Assembly (NCBI RefSeq): GCF_009914755.1
Contig: NC_060929.1
Origin: the human T2T-CHM13v2.0 reference genome, Homo sapiens
Reading direction: 5' to 3' (one strand)
Length of the DNA stretch: 64,000 bases
The notes under the pieces are model-generated. The model searched no databases, was not told where the DNA came from, and was given only the letters and a program-made list of their open reading frames with translations. Of this stretch, positions 43,561 to 57,650 are shown piece by piece. The position numbers were made by a program, and so were the translations under genes. Within the stretch, counting starts at the first letter, position 1. Every line of letters starts with the position of its first letter.

Positions 43561-43939
43561 AAGGGGAACTATTTTCAATCCTCATTTTACAGAAGAGAAA
43601 ATGAGGCTCAGAAAGGTTACGTAGCTATTTCTCAGGATTATGTCCTTATAGTGTTTACCTTCTCATTACACACATTCTCTCTATACAACTGTGTCTTATA
43701 TGATGTCTGTCACCATCCATATACCATGGCCAAATCAATGTTTTCAGACTAGAATTCTCCTTGAGCTCCTGTTTATTTAGATGCCCAATGGGTGCCCAGT
43801 GGCATCTCAAAATTAAACTTCACCTCCATTCTCATTATCATCAATCACTAGAATTGCTCATTTTGCAATATTTTCTGTCTCCATGAATAATACCACTATT
43901 GGAAGTTATGGTGAGATTAAGATAATATTATGGTGGTTG

Positions 43940-44418
43940 GTTATGTGGGAAAAGCAGAATTCGATCCTCAGCTTTCCACCAGTCTGTACAAGATCCTCAA
44001 AGGAGATTGATGCAAAGCAAAGGAATAATCTGGTTATTAATTATGGTTTTAGACCCCATGACTGGTATAGAACTGAAAGTAAATCAAGCTGGACTTATGA
44101 AGGATTCCTCTCTCCATTCGTGGATGAATTTGAGTGGCACTGGAACAAGGTAGGTTGAAAGGCCTGCTCTGTTTCTAACCCAATACCCAAACTAGAAACT
44201 CCACTCTGACATGACAAGCCATATACAAATGTAGGAGAGAGAGAGAATTTGTAGCCACTTGCTCTAGACTTTTATAGGCTGGGTTCTAGATGCTCTATAG
44301 ACAGAGAAGGAGAAAACATGTTCCTTTCTCTAGGCTTTTGGGAGAAAGAGGGTGAGCCAGGCTCTAGCTTTGTAGAATGAGATAGAAAAGGAAAGAGCCT
44401 GTCTATTTTTATTACAAC
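43940..44418. mobile_element. Possible ancient LTR remnant, family not identified
   Basis: Ends in '...gtctatttttattaca' (TGT-like terminus on the minus strand); weak recall only. Confidence 0.25.
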
Positions 44419-45272
44419 CTACTGTGTCCTTTTTGAAAACTTCTCACTGGTGCTGGGGTACTATACGATGCCCTGGAATTTAATAGTCCAGATTGGCATT
44501 CTTCTTGGGAATGGAATATCTTTTCGTGATCTCAGTCCTAGGGAGAAGTAATGAAGAGGCTTATGTAAAAAATAGCAAGAGATTTTGAATTCCTTCTTTC
44601 AGAAATTTTCCTTTTATGTCAGTGTGCTGTGACTTTTTTTTTTTTTAACCTTCTCAAGCCTCAGTTCGTCCCTCTGTAAAATGAAGATAAAGCTCTACCC
44701 GGTACATAATAAACCATCTGTAAATGTAAATGTGAGGTGGGGTGGGGGAGTAGGAATGAGAAGGTCGAGGCACTAGTAGCTAGGGTGGTGGCTGTGGTTG
44801 TGGTCACAGTGGGTGACAGTAGTGGTTCTTGTGGTAGGTAATAGACATCTACGAGTTAGTTAGGATAGAAACCTGAGAAACGACCTGATTTTAATCCTCT
44901 CTCTTGCTTATCACATTTAATTCATCAAAACATCTATACATTTCATGTCATTAATTTATTTCCGGTCTCATTGTCATTATCCATCATTTCTTTTGGCCTA
45001 AGAGGTAAAGTAACTTTCCCAGGACCACACAGGGACGATCTAGTGCTGTCTCAGTCCTCTGATCTCAGGTGCTTTCTCCTCTACCAGGGCAGAAGAACAG
45101 AAGTGCCAAGAGTAGGTACAACTGGGTTCAGCTGTGGCCCCTGCACATACTAACTGTACCATCTGGATAACTTACTTGTCCTTTTACCCAACCAGCAAAG
45201 TGGGCCATAATCATGGCACCTACCACATGGGGTTATTGTGAGGATTACAGGAAGTAATGGGTTTAAGAAGTA

Positions 45273-45745
45273 AGTGTTAGCTTTTTGGAGCTTCTATAAC
45301 AAAGTACCACAAACTGCATGGCTTAAAACAAGATAGATGAAATGTTTCACACTTCTGGAGGCCAAAAGTTCAAAATCGAGGTGTTGGCAGAGGCTTGTTC
45401 TTTCAGGTGGCTCCAGGGGAGACATTTTCCTTGCCTCTTGAAGCTTCTGAAGCTGATGATCTTGGCATTCTTGGCTCACAGATGCATGGCTCCAGTCATA
45501 TGGCTGTCTTTTCCCCATGTGTTGTCACATCAGATTCCTTCTGTGTGTGTCTGTCTCTGTATCCAGATTCCCCCGTTTATAAGGACACCAGTCATGTTGG
45601 ATTAGAGCCCAGTCTAATTACATCATTTTAACTTGACTATTTCTGTAAAGGCACTATTTTCAAATAAGGTCACATTCTGAGGTACCGGGGTTAGGACTTC
45701 AATATATTAATACCTTTCTGTGGGGACACAGTTCAACCCATAGCA
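45273..45745 (-). mobile_element. MLT1C-like solo LTR inserted in a MIR
   Basis: 'ataacaaagtaccacaaactg...ggggacacagttcaacccatagca'; perfect 5-bp TSD aagta (45268-45272 / 45746-45750). Confidence 0.92.
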
Positions 45746-46449
45746 AAGTACTTTGCCCAGGCTTGGGTACAGAGTGAACGCTCAGTAAATATTTTTCTTA
45801 CCAAAGAGCCTCGTCTATCAAAGCAGAGCTCAGTCCTGAGGAACAAGACTGACAGCTTTGGCTCAGCAAGGCTCACATTACTCAATTATACATTCAGCTC
45901 TGGAGGAAGGTGGCTTCTGTGTTCTCAGAGAACATCATCAATATTGTGACACTCCAACATGTGTCAGCCACTGGGTTTCCCAGGGCTCCTTCTCTGGGGA
46001 TCCTTCTGAAGTTGGAAAATTATCCTCCAATCCTGGGTGATCTGAGCGATGGCCTGCCCAGAGGTGGGAGGGGAGAGGATCAGAGTGTCAAAGCTGTCAG
46101 GGGCCTCAAATTCTATCTCATCCAAGTCCCTCATTTCAGAGATGAGGAAACTGAGGCCCAGCAAGGGGGAGCCGTCTGCTTCAGCTCACTTAGTAAATGT
46201 GAGGCATAGCCAAGCTCAGAATCCTGTTTTCTAATTTCCACTAGCTGCTCTCTTAATCATAGTGATGTCCCACTGCCAGCATTGTTGTTGGTTTTGTTTT
46301 GTTTTTGGTACTTTCTACAAAGATTCTTTGAATTTCTCCACCTGTGCAATGGGACAGGTGCTCTAGGCCAGCTCTGACTAACAGAAATACAAAGTGAGCT
46401 TCATAGGTAATTTTAAATTTTCTAGTGTCTACATTAAAGAATTAAAAAT

Positions 46450-46568
46450 GTGGGTACAAAGTACACTCTTCAGATGATGGCTACACTAAAAGCCCAGACT
46501 TCACCACTGTACAGTAGATCCATGCACCAGAACTGAACTTGTACCCCCTAAATCCATAAAAAGAAAAA
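46450..46568 (+). mobile_element. L1PB/L1MA-type extreme 3' end
   Basis: 'gatgatggctacactaaaagcccagacttcaccact...cttgtaccccctaaatccataaaaag'. Confidence 0.85.
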
Positions 46569-46724
46569 CATTGAAAACAGATAAGGTTAGTTTTAACAAT
46601 GTATTTATCCCAGTATATCCAAAATGTTATTTTAATATGTAGTCAATATATGATTGTCAATGAGATACTTCACATTTTTTCTTATTGAATTTTGAAATCT
46701 CGTATATATTTAACAGCATATCTT

Positions 46725-46962
46725 TTTAAAAAATTATTTTATTTTATTTTACTTTAAGTTCTGGGATACATGTGCTGAACATGAAGGTTTGTTACGTAAG
46801 TATACGTGTGCCATGGTGGTTTGCTGCACCTATCAACCCGTCATCTAGGTTTTAAGCCCTGCATGCATCAGGTATTTGTTCTAATGCTCTCCCTCCCCTT
46901 GCCCTCCTCCCCATGACAGGCCTCAGTGTGTGATGTTCCCCTCCCTGTGTCCATGTGTTCTC
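46725..46962 (-). mobile_element. L1PA8-like 3' end fragment
   Basis: 'tctaggttttaagccctgcatgcatcaggtatttg'; 17-bp TSD atttaacagc(a/g)tatctt at 46708-46724 / 46963-46979. Confidence 0.93.
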
Positions 46963-47495
46963 ATTTAACAGCGTATCTTAACTTCAACTTACCACATTTC
47001 AAGTGCTCAGTAACCATATACGTCCAGGGAGCACTGGACAGCACAGCTCCAGGCCAGAGGTTCCCAGAGCTGCTCTGTCTAGGGTGCATATGTTGGTGCA
47101 AATGTATTATTTCTACTACCTGAGAAATGACTATTCTTAATTCAAGATTATATCCTTTCTCTTTTGAAATTTTTGGTCAAAATGTCCTCTCCCATGCTGA
47201 AATTAAATCATGGTGACGTACAGACAAAACGTTTTTGGTTTTGTTTTAAAAATGTCTTTATTTGACAAAAAGATGGGGACACTAGGCCAGGTCCTTATTA
47301 AGAATATTTACATATATAAGTATATTACATATGTGTATATATTTTTAAATGTTTTAAATGGTTAAATTCCTCTTAATATCATTTCTAAAATATATGTGTA
47401 TATTTTTTGCTGATTTATGAAATCATCATTATCAATTGTCTAAGATTCATTGCTACTCTAATCTTCTGTAATTGCCATTAAAAGTCAAGTTGAGT

Positions 47496-47854
<359 letters not shown>

Positions 47855-48144
47855 CTAATCGATTCTGTGCATTGTAGAGCATTTGGATTTTACATCACTG
47901 AGTGGTTGTGTAGAAGGGCTTTTGCTAGCCCAAGCCATTGCACTGGGTACTTCGTTTTTCTCTAGTCTTAGGAAAGATTGTGAAGGGATACTGAGAAATT
48001 ACTACATTTCCTCTGTATTCTGTCCTTGGGCAGGCTAACTACTGATCAATCCCTGGAGAGTGTGCATGGGGCAGGCCCAGTGCCTGGCTCCTCTAAGTAT
48101 TTCCACATGGAGAAGGCAGCCGGATATTCCCTGGGAAAGCATAG

Positions 48145-48650
48145 TCAAGATTAAAGTCCAAATTCCTTACCATGACCCACTCACTCTTACAAACTCTATG
48201 CCATGCCCAACTCTCATCTCACTTCTCTTCACATCTCCACCTTGTATGACATTCATAAAGGTCTGCTTTCAGCTTCTCAGGCACTCCATGGTTTTTCATG
48301 CCTCAAGCTCTTTGTACATGCTCTTCCCTTTGCCTAGAAAGCTCTTTATTCCTTCCAGCTAATCTTTCTGGGTTCAGATTAAATAGTACTTCCTCAGTGA
48401 AGTCTTGCTTGATCCTCCAGTCTTAGTGAGATATCCTATTATAATTTTTCCTAGCTTCTGCACTTTACAACATCTAGCCCAATTATATTTCAATAATTAT
48501 CTGTGTGATTGTTTTGATATATGCCTTTTCTACCATACTGTAAGCTCCAAGAAGGCAGACACCGACTTGTTCAAAGCTATTTCCTGGCACCTAACACCAT
48601 ACTTGATGCATTAGGCACTCAGTAAATATTGGATGAACAAATGAAGGAAT
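48145..48650 (+). mobile_element. L2 3' fragment
   Basis: 'tactgtaagctccaagaaggcag...ggcactcagtaaatattggatgaacaaatgaa'. Confidence 0.8.
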
Positions 48651-50084
48651 GTTCTACATGTCGACAGTATTTTATTTTGGGGTAGATATTTTACATGCAG
48701 AGAAAGGGACAAGCCAAGCCAATGTTATCCTTTTTTTCTCTGTACAGTGGCTCTCATTGGCCCAGTTCTGGGCTCTACGGCATGCAATCCCTTGGCATTT
48801 GTAAATCTTAGAAGAGTCTGTATGCTTTCTTCTGAGCGTACCTAGCAGAGAAGCTGTTGGTGAGTCTGCCATCAGCACTTCACTAGGAATCATGAGGTGG
48901 GCTCTGGTCACATTTCCACTCCTCATTATCTGAGTGATAGGAAAGCCATTCCATTTTAAAGTCAACAGACGGATCAGTCCCAGGTCATAGTTTCAGTTTG
49001 GTGGCTTCAACCTGAAATAGGTTTGTCAAAATCTGTCAAATGTTGGAGGGGCTGGATTCATGATCTCTGGAGGTTCTTATAGACTTTGGGGGCTGGGGAA
49101 ATCTTGTCAGAAACTGTGTTGCTTGTGACTCTGCATTTTGATAAATAGAAACTTGCCAGCAAAATAAAGGTTACCTTTTTTTTGTCCAAGGTTGCCAGTG
49201 AGTCACTGGCTGTGCCTAGAATAGAAATTGGCTCAGGAACACGATTATGACTGTTTTTAAATATCACCTAGATATTTGTTACACAATGAATAGTTTTTCT
49301 CTTTTTGAATGGAAAGGGACTGTGGGTACAGAGGAAAGAGGCCCAGACTCTTAGGGAGGAACAGATAACTTAAGGCCCAGTCCCAGGAACATACTCCTGG
49401 GCCTCAGCCTGGGGAAGTGTACTGGAGCGAAGTGAGCACTGGACTTGGATCCAAGAACACTGGGTTTTCATTCCAGTGCTAATGCCAACTACAGGGGAGG
49501 CACTTGCTTTATAGGCTCCAGTCTCTTTCTCTGGAAGGTGGAAAGAATCAACTCGGACCACCTCAAAGTTTTAAAGCTTCCAAAAGTGTTGGTTTTATTT
49601 CATAAACACAAAGCTCTCTACAAACAGGATTCCCATGATTATTTTTGTTGCTGACTTGTTAAGGATAAAGATATCCTGTACTTTCAATGTAGCCAACGTA
49701 TGAGGAGAGTTCTCTTCACTCATTCATTGTAAAGAACAAATCATGCACCTCTCTGGGACTCAGCTTTCCTATCTGTGAAGTAAGACAAGTAAATCTTACT
49801 CTGTAGGTTTACTGAGTTTCTATGACAATGAAATAAGCAAAGTGATGTCAACATCCTTTAAAAAATGTGAAGCTTTTCTTCCCTTGCTTTACAGTCTTTT
49901 GCCTTTGTTTCTTCTTCTTCTCTTTCCCTTTTACCATCTTTACTGGGCATCTGCTATGTTTCGCAAATAATTTTAGCTATAGAGGACATATGTGTAAGAC
50001 ACTTGACCCAAGTCATGCCTTCAAGCAATGTTAGAATTTATTTGGGGAGATAGATATGGAAATACATTAATATGATACAGTGTT

Positions 50085-50310
50085 TCGTAACAATTGGGCA
50101 CTTACCATGTGCAAGGTACTGTTCTAAGCACTTATATTAACTCACTTAATCTTCATGCTAATTCAATAGTGTCAAAGGGTACTATTATTTTTCCCAGTTT
50201 TGCGGAGGATAAAACAAAGTCCAGAGAAGTTAAGCAACTTGCCTAAGGATACAGAGTTAGTGTGAACTGGGGACAGTTTAGCTCCAGAGCCAGTTCTCTT
50301 AACCATTAAC
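50085..50310 (-). mobile_element. MIR SINE
   Basis: 'ggcacttaccatgtgcaaggtactgttctaagcactt...cagagaagttaagcaacttgcctaagg'. Confidence 0.8.
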
Positions 50311-50544
50311 AAGATATGTGTAAAGCATAGTAGAAACAAAAGAGACAGGGGGAGTTACTTACAACCAATGGAAATCAGGGTAAGCTTTACAGAGGAAATT
50401 ACAAACCAACTTTGCTTAGGAGTTTTGCATCAGAGAAAGCATAGAAGTTTTCTAGGTGGTAACAAAGAGAAGGGCCTTCCAGGCAATTGGACAGTTAGAG
50501 TAAAGGAGTGGAGGTGCAGAATAACCTAGGAAAGCATGAGGACT

Positions 50545-50865
50545 GCATGTTCTGGCTCTTGCCAACATTTCTGACCTCATCACCTCCACTTCTGCCTTGC
50601 TTTCCTTGTGCTGCCCACTCTGTCCTTCTGGCTGGTCCTTGGACATGCCAAGCTGATCTTGCTTCGGGTCATTTGTGGTTGCTCTTTCCTCTCCTGGGAT
50701 TCTCTTCCCCAGTATTGGTTTACTTTATTTTTGCCTACCTTTCCTGACTTCACTGTAATGTGCAAAAGGGCAGGAACCTTGTCTTTCTTGCTCACTGCTG
50801 TGTCTTTAACATTTACAATAGTGCCTAGCAAGTGGAAACTGTTCAATGAGTGTTTTTAGAGTGCA
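50545..50865 (+). mobile_element. L2 3' fragment
   Basis: 'agggcaggaaccttgtctttcttgctcactgctgtgtc...aatagtgcctagca'. Confidence 0.7.
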
Positions 50866-50978
50866 TGAGGGCAAAGTGGAAGATGGGCTATGATGGGATA
50901 AGGCAGTTCCCGTGGGCAGGGGCCCTACAATGAAGATCTTGAAATGACTGTAAGCCATTCCTATGACTCCTTTTCTAA

Positions 50979-51205
50979 CAGTGGTTCTTCACCAGGGCAA
51001 TATTGCCTCTCCCCTTAGGGGACATTTGACATTAGCCGGAGCATTTTGTTGGTCACAATAGAGGAGAGGGAGCATTGCTGACACTAAGTAGGGAGGTCAG
51101 GGTGCCATATGTCTTGTGACATACAGAACAATCCTGCCCTGCACAACAAAAAGGGTCTCATCGAAAATGACAATAACATTTCCAAATCCCCTTAAGAAAC
51201 ACAAT
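50979..51205. mobile_element. MER20-like hAT element
   Basis: 'cagtggttcttcaccagggcaatattgcc...ggggacatttgaca...ttggtcacaa...ttaagaaacac'. Confidence 0.7.
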
Positions 51206-51555
51206 GAGCAGCCTCCATGGGGCTGGGCAAGAGCATATTCCAGTCTTAGCCTTTTAGAAAAAAGGGCTTGAAATGGAGTTTGGTTTTATTCATCTGTAAG
51301 CTATAGCTCTTTTCCTTGCCACTGGGCTACTTGTGCTAGTAAAGAAGAAGGTACTTCATTAACTGTAAGATGCTTTTTTGTTAGTTATGTTCCATATTAG
51401 GTACTTATCTTCACATGCATAATACTATCATTGCTATTTGCATAAAAAAGATGTCACTGTGATTTCATTTGAATTTGACAATTCCCCTTGTGAAGTAGTA
51501 TGGCAATAGGATAAAACACATTATGTATCTCTATATATGTCTATCTGTTATCTCT

Positions 51556-51628
51556 TCATTCATCCACCAATCCATCAGTCCATCCATTCATCCATCCATC
51601 CATCCATGCAGCTATTCACCCATCCATC
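51556..51628. repeat. Imperfect (CCAT)n microsatellite
   Basis: catccattcatccatccatccatccat read directly. Confidence 0.85.
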
Positions 51629-51797
51629 AAAACAAAGACTCCAAGAGATTTTCCCAAGATCATGTGGTAAACAAATTGCAGAGCTGGTACAAAAACTCAT
51701 GTCTACTGATTTGCTGCTTTTTCTCATGACCACAATATTTTCAGGCCCTTGTGGTTGTATGTGATAATGATGATAATAATAATGCATTAACTTAGTA

Positions 51798-51881
51798 TTA
51801 GGTTGGTTCAAAAGTAATTGAAGTTTTTTAGTCATTAAAAGTAATACTTTTAATGGTGCAATTACTTTTGCACCAATGTAA
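51798..51881. mobile_element. MADE1 (Hsmar1-derived mariner MITE)
   Basis: TIRs ttaggttggttcaaaagtaattg ... caattacttttgcaccaatgtaa; TA on both sides; about 84 bp palindrome. Confidence 0.93.
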
Positions 51882-53545
51882 TAATTTAGCCCTTTCTATG
51901 TATAAGTCATATCACTGAATCTTCATCGCAATCCTGTGAGGTATAGGTACCCTGGGCATCATTTCCCATTACAGATAAGGAAACTGAGGCTCAGAGAGTC
52001 AACCTCTCTGAGGTTACCAAGCAATGAAGAGTAAGAAGTGAGATTTGGGGTGACTTTTAATTACTTTCTGGTGAGGACTGATCTAATATCTTCATGGCTC
52101 AGAGAAAAGTAAGTTTCCCCTACCTACTCTATGAGCCTCAAAGTTGACTTGCATATCTCCCTGCCCCAACCAACCCAAATGTTGCAGAAGATTGCTGATA
52201 TTACAGACTTCTACTGTGCTCACTGCTTTTCCTCAAGCTAAAGGAAGAAAAGAGAAAGGAAGGGACAAGCAAAATGTTAGTGTAGAAGGGGAAGGGGCTG
52301 CCAATTCCTGAACTTATTTAGCTACATAGTCACAGATGTGGCAGTCACCTGAGACAGACAGCTGCCCTCTTGATGTAAAATTGCTCCTACTTTATTCCTG
52401 ACAAGTCTTGTCTTAAATTGAGGACCTCTTCTGATGGGGGTTCAAATTTTCCAAAGAGGCCCTTTCCAAGGATGGACATTTCAAGTGGTTAGGAAGTTCT
52501 TCCTGCTCCCGAGATGAAATCTGTTGTCCCTGAGTCATGACTTTGGTTATGATTGTCTGCTGCATCCATTCAGTGTGAAGTTGAAATTCCCTTCTATAGG
52601 ACAGCTCTTCATATATTTAGAGTCAGTCTTACCTGAGTTTCATTTTTAGGCTGAATGGTATGTAAATTTTCCCAGCTATTTAAAATAATCTACTGTTTTC
52701 CTTCTTTTCATCTCCTGAATACTCTGTGGACACATTGTCTGTGTCACTCTTGAAATGTGAAACCTGAAATGGGATGCAGTACATCCTGGAGGGGAATTGA
52801 ACAAATAAACAAGTACACAAACAGGAAAATGACAGGCGGAGTTGCTGTGATAAAAATAAAACAGAAAGTAGTGTGTGCTTTGGAGGGGGAGATGGAGGGA
52901 CACTGATTTAGATGAATGGAACCCATTCTCCGAAGGTTGATTTTATGGGGACAGAAGTAGAAGGTTATTTAGTTCAAAGGCCAGTTTAGATGCTAGTAAG
53001 GAAAATATATAAATGTACATATATATTTTATTCAGACTAGGCCTGGGAATGGGCAGACAATGAACTGAAAGTATTTGAAACATCTCTCCACAGCTCAAAG
53101 AATCTTAGCATTAATTCATGATTTCAACAGACTTTCAGTGATTTTTTTTTTTTTTTTGAGTAAGGGAGGACTGTATGCTGGACATTACACTGCACGGTGA
53201 AAGTAGAATAGAGACCAAAACAGAATGTTCCTCCTTCTCTACCCTGTCTTCCATGCTGCAGATCTGGCAGCTTTAAAGGGCAACGGGTGCAATGTTAGAC
53301 TCGTGATGCAGTGTTAGACCTGTCTTGTCTCAGGGTAGGCGGAGGTAAATTCTGCAGAGGGTTAAAGCTGGATTAACGGCCCATGAACATTTTATTTCTC
53401 TGCTGGCTGAGCACAGTAAATATCGATGGTAATGTAATGTTCTTTCTCATTGGGAGGAGAATGAGGGACATAAGAGAGGACAGAATTGACCTTTTAGCTC
53501 TGAAAGAGGAGAAGAATATTGGAGAGATAGTGTCCCGGTCAAAAT

Positions 53546-53547
<2 letters not shown>

Positions 53548-53605
<58 letters not shown>

Positions 53606-53638
53606 GGTGGGGGGTGGGGGGAAGAGAGAGAGAGAGAA
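53548..53638. repeat. Perfect (CA) repeat of about 27 units, then G tracts and (GA)n
   Basis: Read directly. Confidence 0.95.
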
Positions 53639-54433
53639 ACACTTCTGGAGTAATAGTCTTTTAGTAGATAATTTATTTTTAACCTTTTCTGTATTATAGA
53701 GACTGCAAGGAAAATAGAATAAACAACTCTAGACTTTTCTCTAGGACCTAAAGTCCACATATGCACATGCACATTGAGTGTGTCCTATGATGTGGAACTC
53801 AGACCTACTGAGGAGTATCTGTGGCTCAGTAAGGAAAAGACACAATTGTGGTTCACATTTTGAATTTAGTTTGTAAATGTATCTTGCCGGGCTTAAAGGT
53901 ACACTAAAATTCTATTGAATTAGTTGCCAAGAACTAAAGTGAGAATATTTCTACAAAAAAATTCGGGTGTCTGGCTTCTCTTAAAAAATTAAAATATCCG
54001 GGATCCTTGAGCTTGCATAGTGGCCATCGCTGGGCTCCAATTGTGCTGTCTTTTTATACATGTGGAAAAGTCTCCCCAGCTGTCATCAGTCTTCCTTTTC
54101 ACACCCACTTATAGGCCTTTTAATTTTGTCCCTTATACTAGAAGGGGTTAAGATCAAGAGACCCCTCCCTCTTAAAGACAGATTTTTTTTTTTTTTTGGT
54201 TTCAGAGAGATCTCTAGGGAACCATGAGGTCTAGTATCCTAAAAACCTGCTTTCAAAGCAGATCTCACATGGTGCCCCAGTATATGAAACAGATAAAGGA
54301 GAAGGAATTTTATCGGGGCACATGGGCCCCAACCACTGCCAGTTAGTTTGGTGTGTCCCAGTCTTACTTTGGTGGCTCCCAAAGCACCTCTGGGGGGACC
54401 TTCAGGACTCCACAGGGCACATTGGAAAACATT

Positions 54434-54890
54434 TGTGTATCAGTAGGAACTCCTTTGGTTGCATGTGACAGAAGCCCACCTCAAGCTAGCTTTAGCTAAA
54501 AAGATAATTTACAGGTTTATGTAACTTTGGGTGTCTATCCTCAGACAAAGCTGGGTCCAGGAATCCCAGTGATGTTATCAGGGATCCCCCTTGTTCCTTT
54601 CTTTGCTCTGAGTTGGCTTCATTCTCAGAAAGCTGGTCTCCTTTGGTGGAAGCGGATGGCCACCAACAAGACTCCAGACTTATATTATCTCCACAGCCAG
54701 CAGTCCTGTTAGAAACAAACAAACAAACAAACAAACAAACAAAACACCTTCTTCATAATAGTTCCGACAGAATCTGGGATTTGATTTTTTTGTATCATTT
54801 TGGGTAAATTCCCATCCCTGAGTAAATTAGTCTATCCAGGAAAGTGGGACCAGCTCATTGGCTAGGCCCCCAATTGTAAGTCCTAGGGAT
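54434..54890 (-). mobile_element. MLT1J/K-like solo LTR with internal (AAAC)n
   Basis: 'tttggttgcatgtgacagaagcccacctcaagctagctttagctaaaaag...ttggcttcattctcag...ctcattggctaggcc'. Confidence 0.75.
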
Positions 54891-54921
54891 TATAAAACTC
54901 CAGTGAATGGGGTCAGTTTGA

Positions 54922-55322
<401 letters not shown>

Positions 55323-56839
55323 TGATTCTGACTGATATGTTGAAGTATAACAGTCATCATACTTGACAATAAATCAATCCCAAAGCCATAGAATTTTAGT
55401 GATAAACTAGCCTAAGTGGGCTTATCATTCAAATGAGAAAACAGTCTTAGAGAGACTGACTGACTCATACAAGGTCAACTGACAATTTATGTGAGACTAT
55501 CAAAGTACCCTCACATCTCTTATCTCATTTGACAGTAAGAAGAATCCTATGACACATTGAACTTGGGTAGTGTTTTTTCCAAACATTTTCTCATCAATGA
55601 GATCATTTTATCCCCATAACAACCCTAAATTAGGAGAGGATAAAAATTATTCACCCATGTTTATAGGTAAGAACACGGGGTCAAAGAGGGTAAGATACTT
55701 GCCCAAGGTTCCATGGCATGTAGGGAGAAAAGCCAGTTTAGAATTCATCTGTCTGGCTCTGGGCTCTTTTTCTGTATCATCTTTATATTAAACATTATAT
55801 TCAAGGACCTTCTACATACGTAATAATCTAAAGCAACTGGATAGACTGATCATTATCAAAGTTTTCAAATCTTACCATTGCAAGTTACAGATTTTGTTTT
55901 GTACCAATGACAAATACAGAGGCAATAGACTACAGTAGAATTTGTTTCTTTTATTCACAGGAACAAAATTTAAATAATGGAATTTGGGGAAAATAAAATC
56001 AACAGATAAGACGAAGTAAAATTCAGAAAATTTTAGATCTGAAAAGAATTATGGAATAAAAAGAAGACTAATTATCTTCTTAATAGGTGAGGAAACTGAG
56101 GTTCAGAAAGTTGATATAATTTGCCTCAGATCCTATAGATGATCCATGATAGAGGCTAGAGAATAATACAAGTCTCCCAACTTCCTATTGCCCTAAGGAC
56201 TTTTACGATGATGATTGAGAGGCAGTGTGCTGTGGCATAAGACACTAGATGATCTGCCACAATGTTCTGTAGCGTGCTTCTGAGAGTGTAAGAAATGCCA
56301 GCCATTGGGGTACTCAAGGGGAATTCTGGTCTCTCCAGACCTAGAGTTAGGCAACATTGATTCAACCTCTAAGAAGTTAATTCTCATTAATTTTCCTTTA
56401 ATTCTTCTGACTTTTGATGGCATCAAAGGAAAAGTCTATGTTGGATTCTAATTGGACTTTATGCCTTTCTAGCACTTTCTAATTTCCTTTTTTAGCAGAG
56501 CATACAGGCCTTAGGTTCAAAGTGTTTGGTAAGCCAGAGTGGTTGGCTAGAATTTAATGGCATTTTTTTGTTTCTATTTCATCTATTAGCCACATATGGA
56601 AAATGATATTCTTTTCTAATTCATGAAATGATCTAAAATTTCTTTAAAACATTACTTAATTTTTATCCAAAATTTAAATAAAAGTATTGATTTATAAAAA
56701 GTTTTATGCATATAATAGTTAGGTTATGGTAATTGTACACGGATATGACAAAAACCGAAATAATGAGGAATGTATGAAGTTGGGGAATTACTGCCACAGG
56801 AACTGAATGCAAGGCCATTGTCAGGGCCACGTTGAAGAG

Positions 56840-57055
56840 TGCACTTTGACCTCAGAGAAACATAGATTTGACTCCCAGTTCTACCACCAAAATTAGCTAT
56901 GTGACCTTGAACTAGATACTTTATATTTCTGGATTTGAGCATCAAAAGTTAATAATATGACTTATTTGCAAGGTTGTTGTGAAGATTAGGAATCTAAATG
57001 ACAAGTACCAAGCTCAGCACCTGGCACATAGTAGGTGCTAAGGAAATGGTAGCTC
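56840..57055 (+). mobile_element. MIR SINE
   Basis: 'tagctatgtgaccttgaactag...gcacctggcacatagtaggtgct'. Confidence 0.8.
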
Positions 57056-57534
57056 TCAAGAGAGCTGAGCTTTAGATCAATATGAATGAAAGAAGAGAAA
57101 ATGAAAGAATGGGTGGCAATAAGGCACCCAATGCAGCCTTGATTTTAATCTCCCACCTCATTTTTTTCTTTCTCCGGAACTGGTCAGGTAAGAACACAGC
57201 TGGTTAAGTACATCTTTGCTCCAGGAGGTCTGTTTGTCACTTTTGGAAAAAGCAAACTATAATCCTTGAGGCTAATTTCTGACTAGAAGACTGGCTGCGT
57301 GTTTGCTTGATGGAAAAGCAGACTTGAGGGCATGCTGGGAGGTTGATTCATTAGTTATTCCTGCGTAGGAGGCCTTGGCTTCTGGGTTGTTAAAGAACAA
57401 ACAAAAATATCCCTTAAAAATAGGCTATGGTTTCGTGAAGCTTGAAATGCAATCCTATGGTTCAGCCTTAAGAGAAAATCTTCATCAAGCTTTTTGAGGT
57501 TTGCCCTGGTGGGCTGCTATAGTTTGTTGATTTG

Positions 57535-57650
57535 AGTTTTAAAAATATTGCATTAAATATTATTTATCTTGCTTCCTGAGATTTTTATCTCACCCTTAAA
57601 TTCTGCAGCTGAGGCAAGTGCCTCACATGCCTCATCCTAGTCCTAGCCGT
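57535..57650. mobile_element. hAT DNA-transposon end (ORSL/Tip100-like)
   Basis: 'aatattgcattaaatattatttatcttg...cccttaaattctgc...gaggcaagtgcctcac...cctagtcctagcc'; family name uncertain. Confidence 0.55.

Larger units (their letters stand above)
46368..47046. mobile_element. MER33/MER3-type hAT-Charlie element split by two L1 3' fragments
   Basis: 'taattttaaattttctagtg...cccagtatatccaaaatgttatttt...ccacatttcaagtgctcagtaacc...ctggacagcacag'. Confidence 0.8.
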
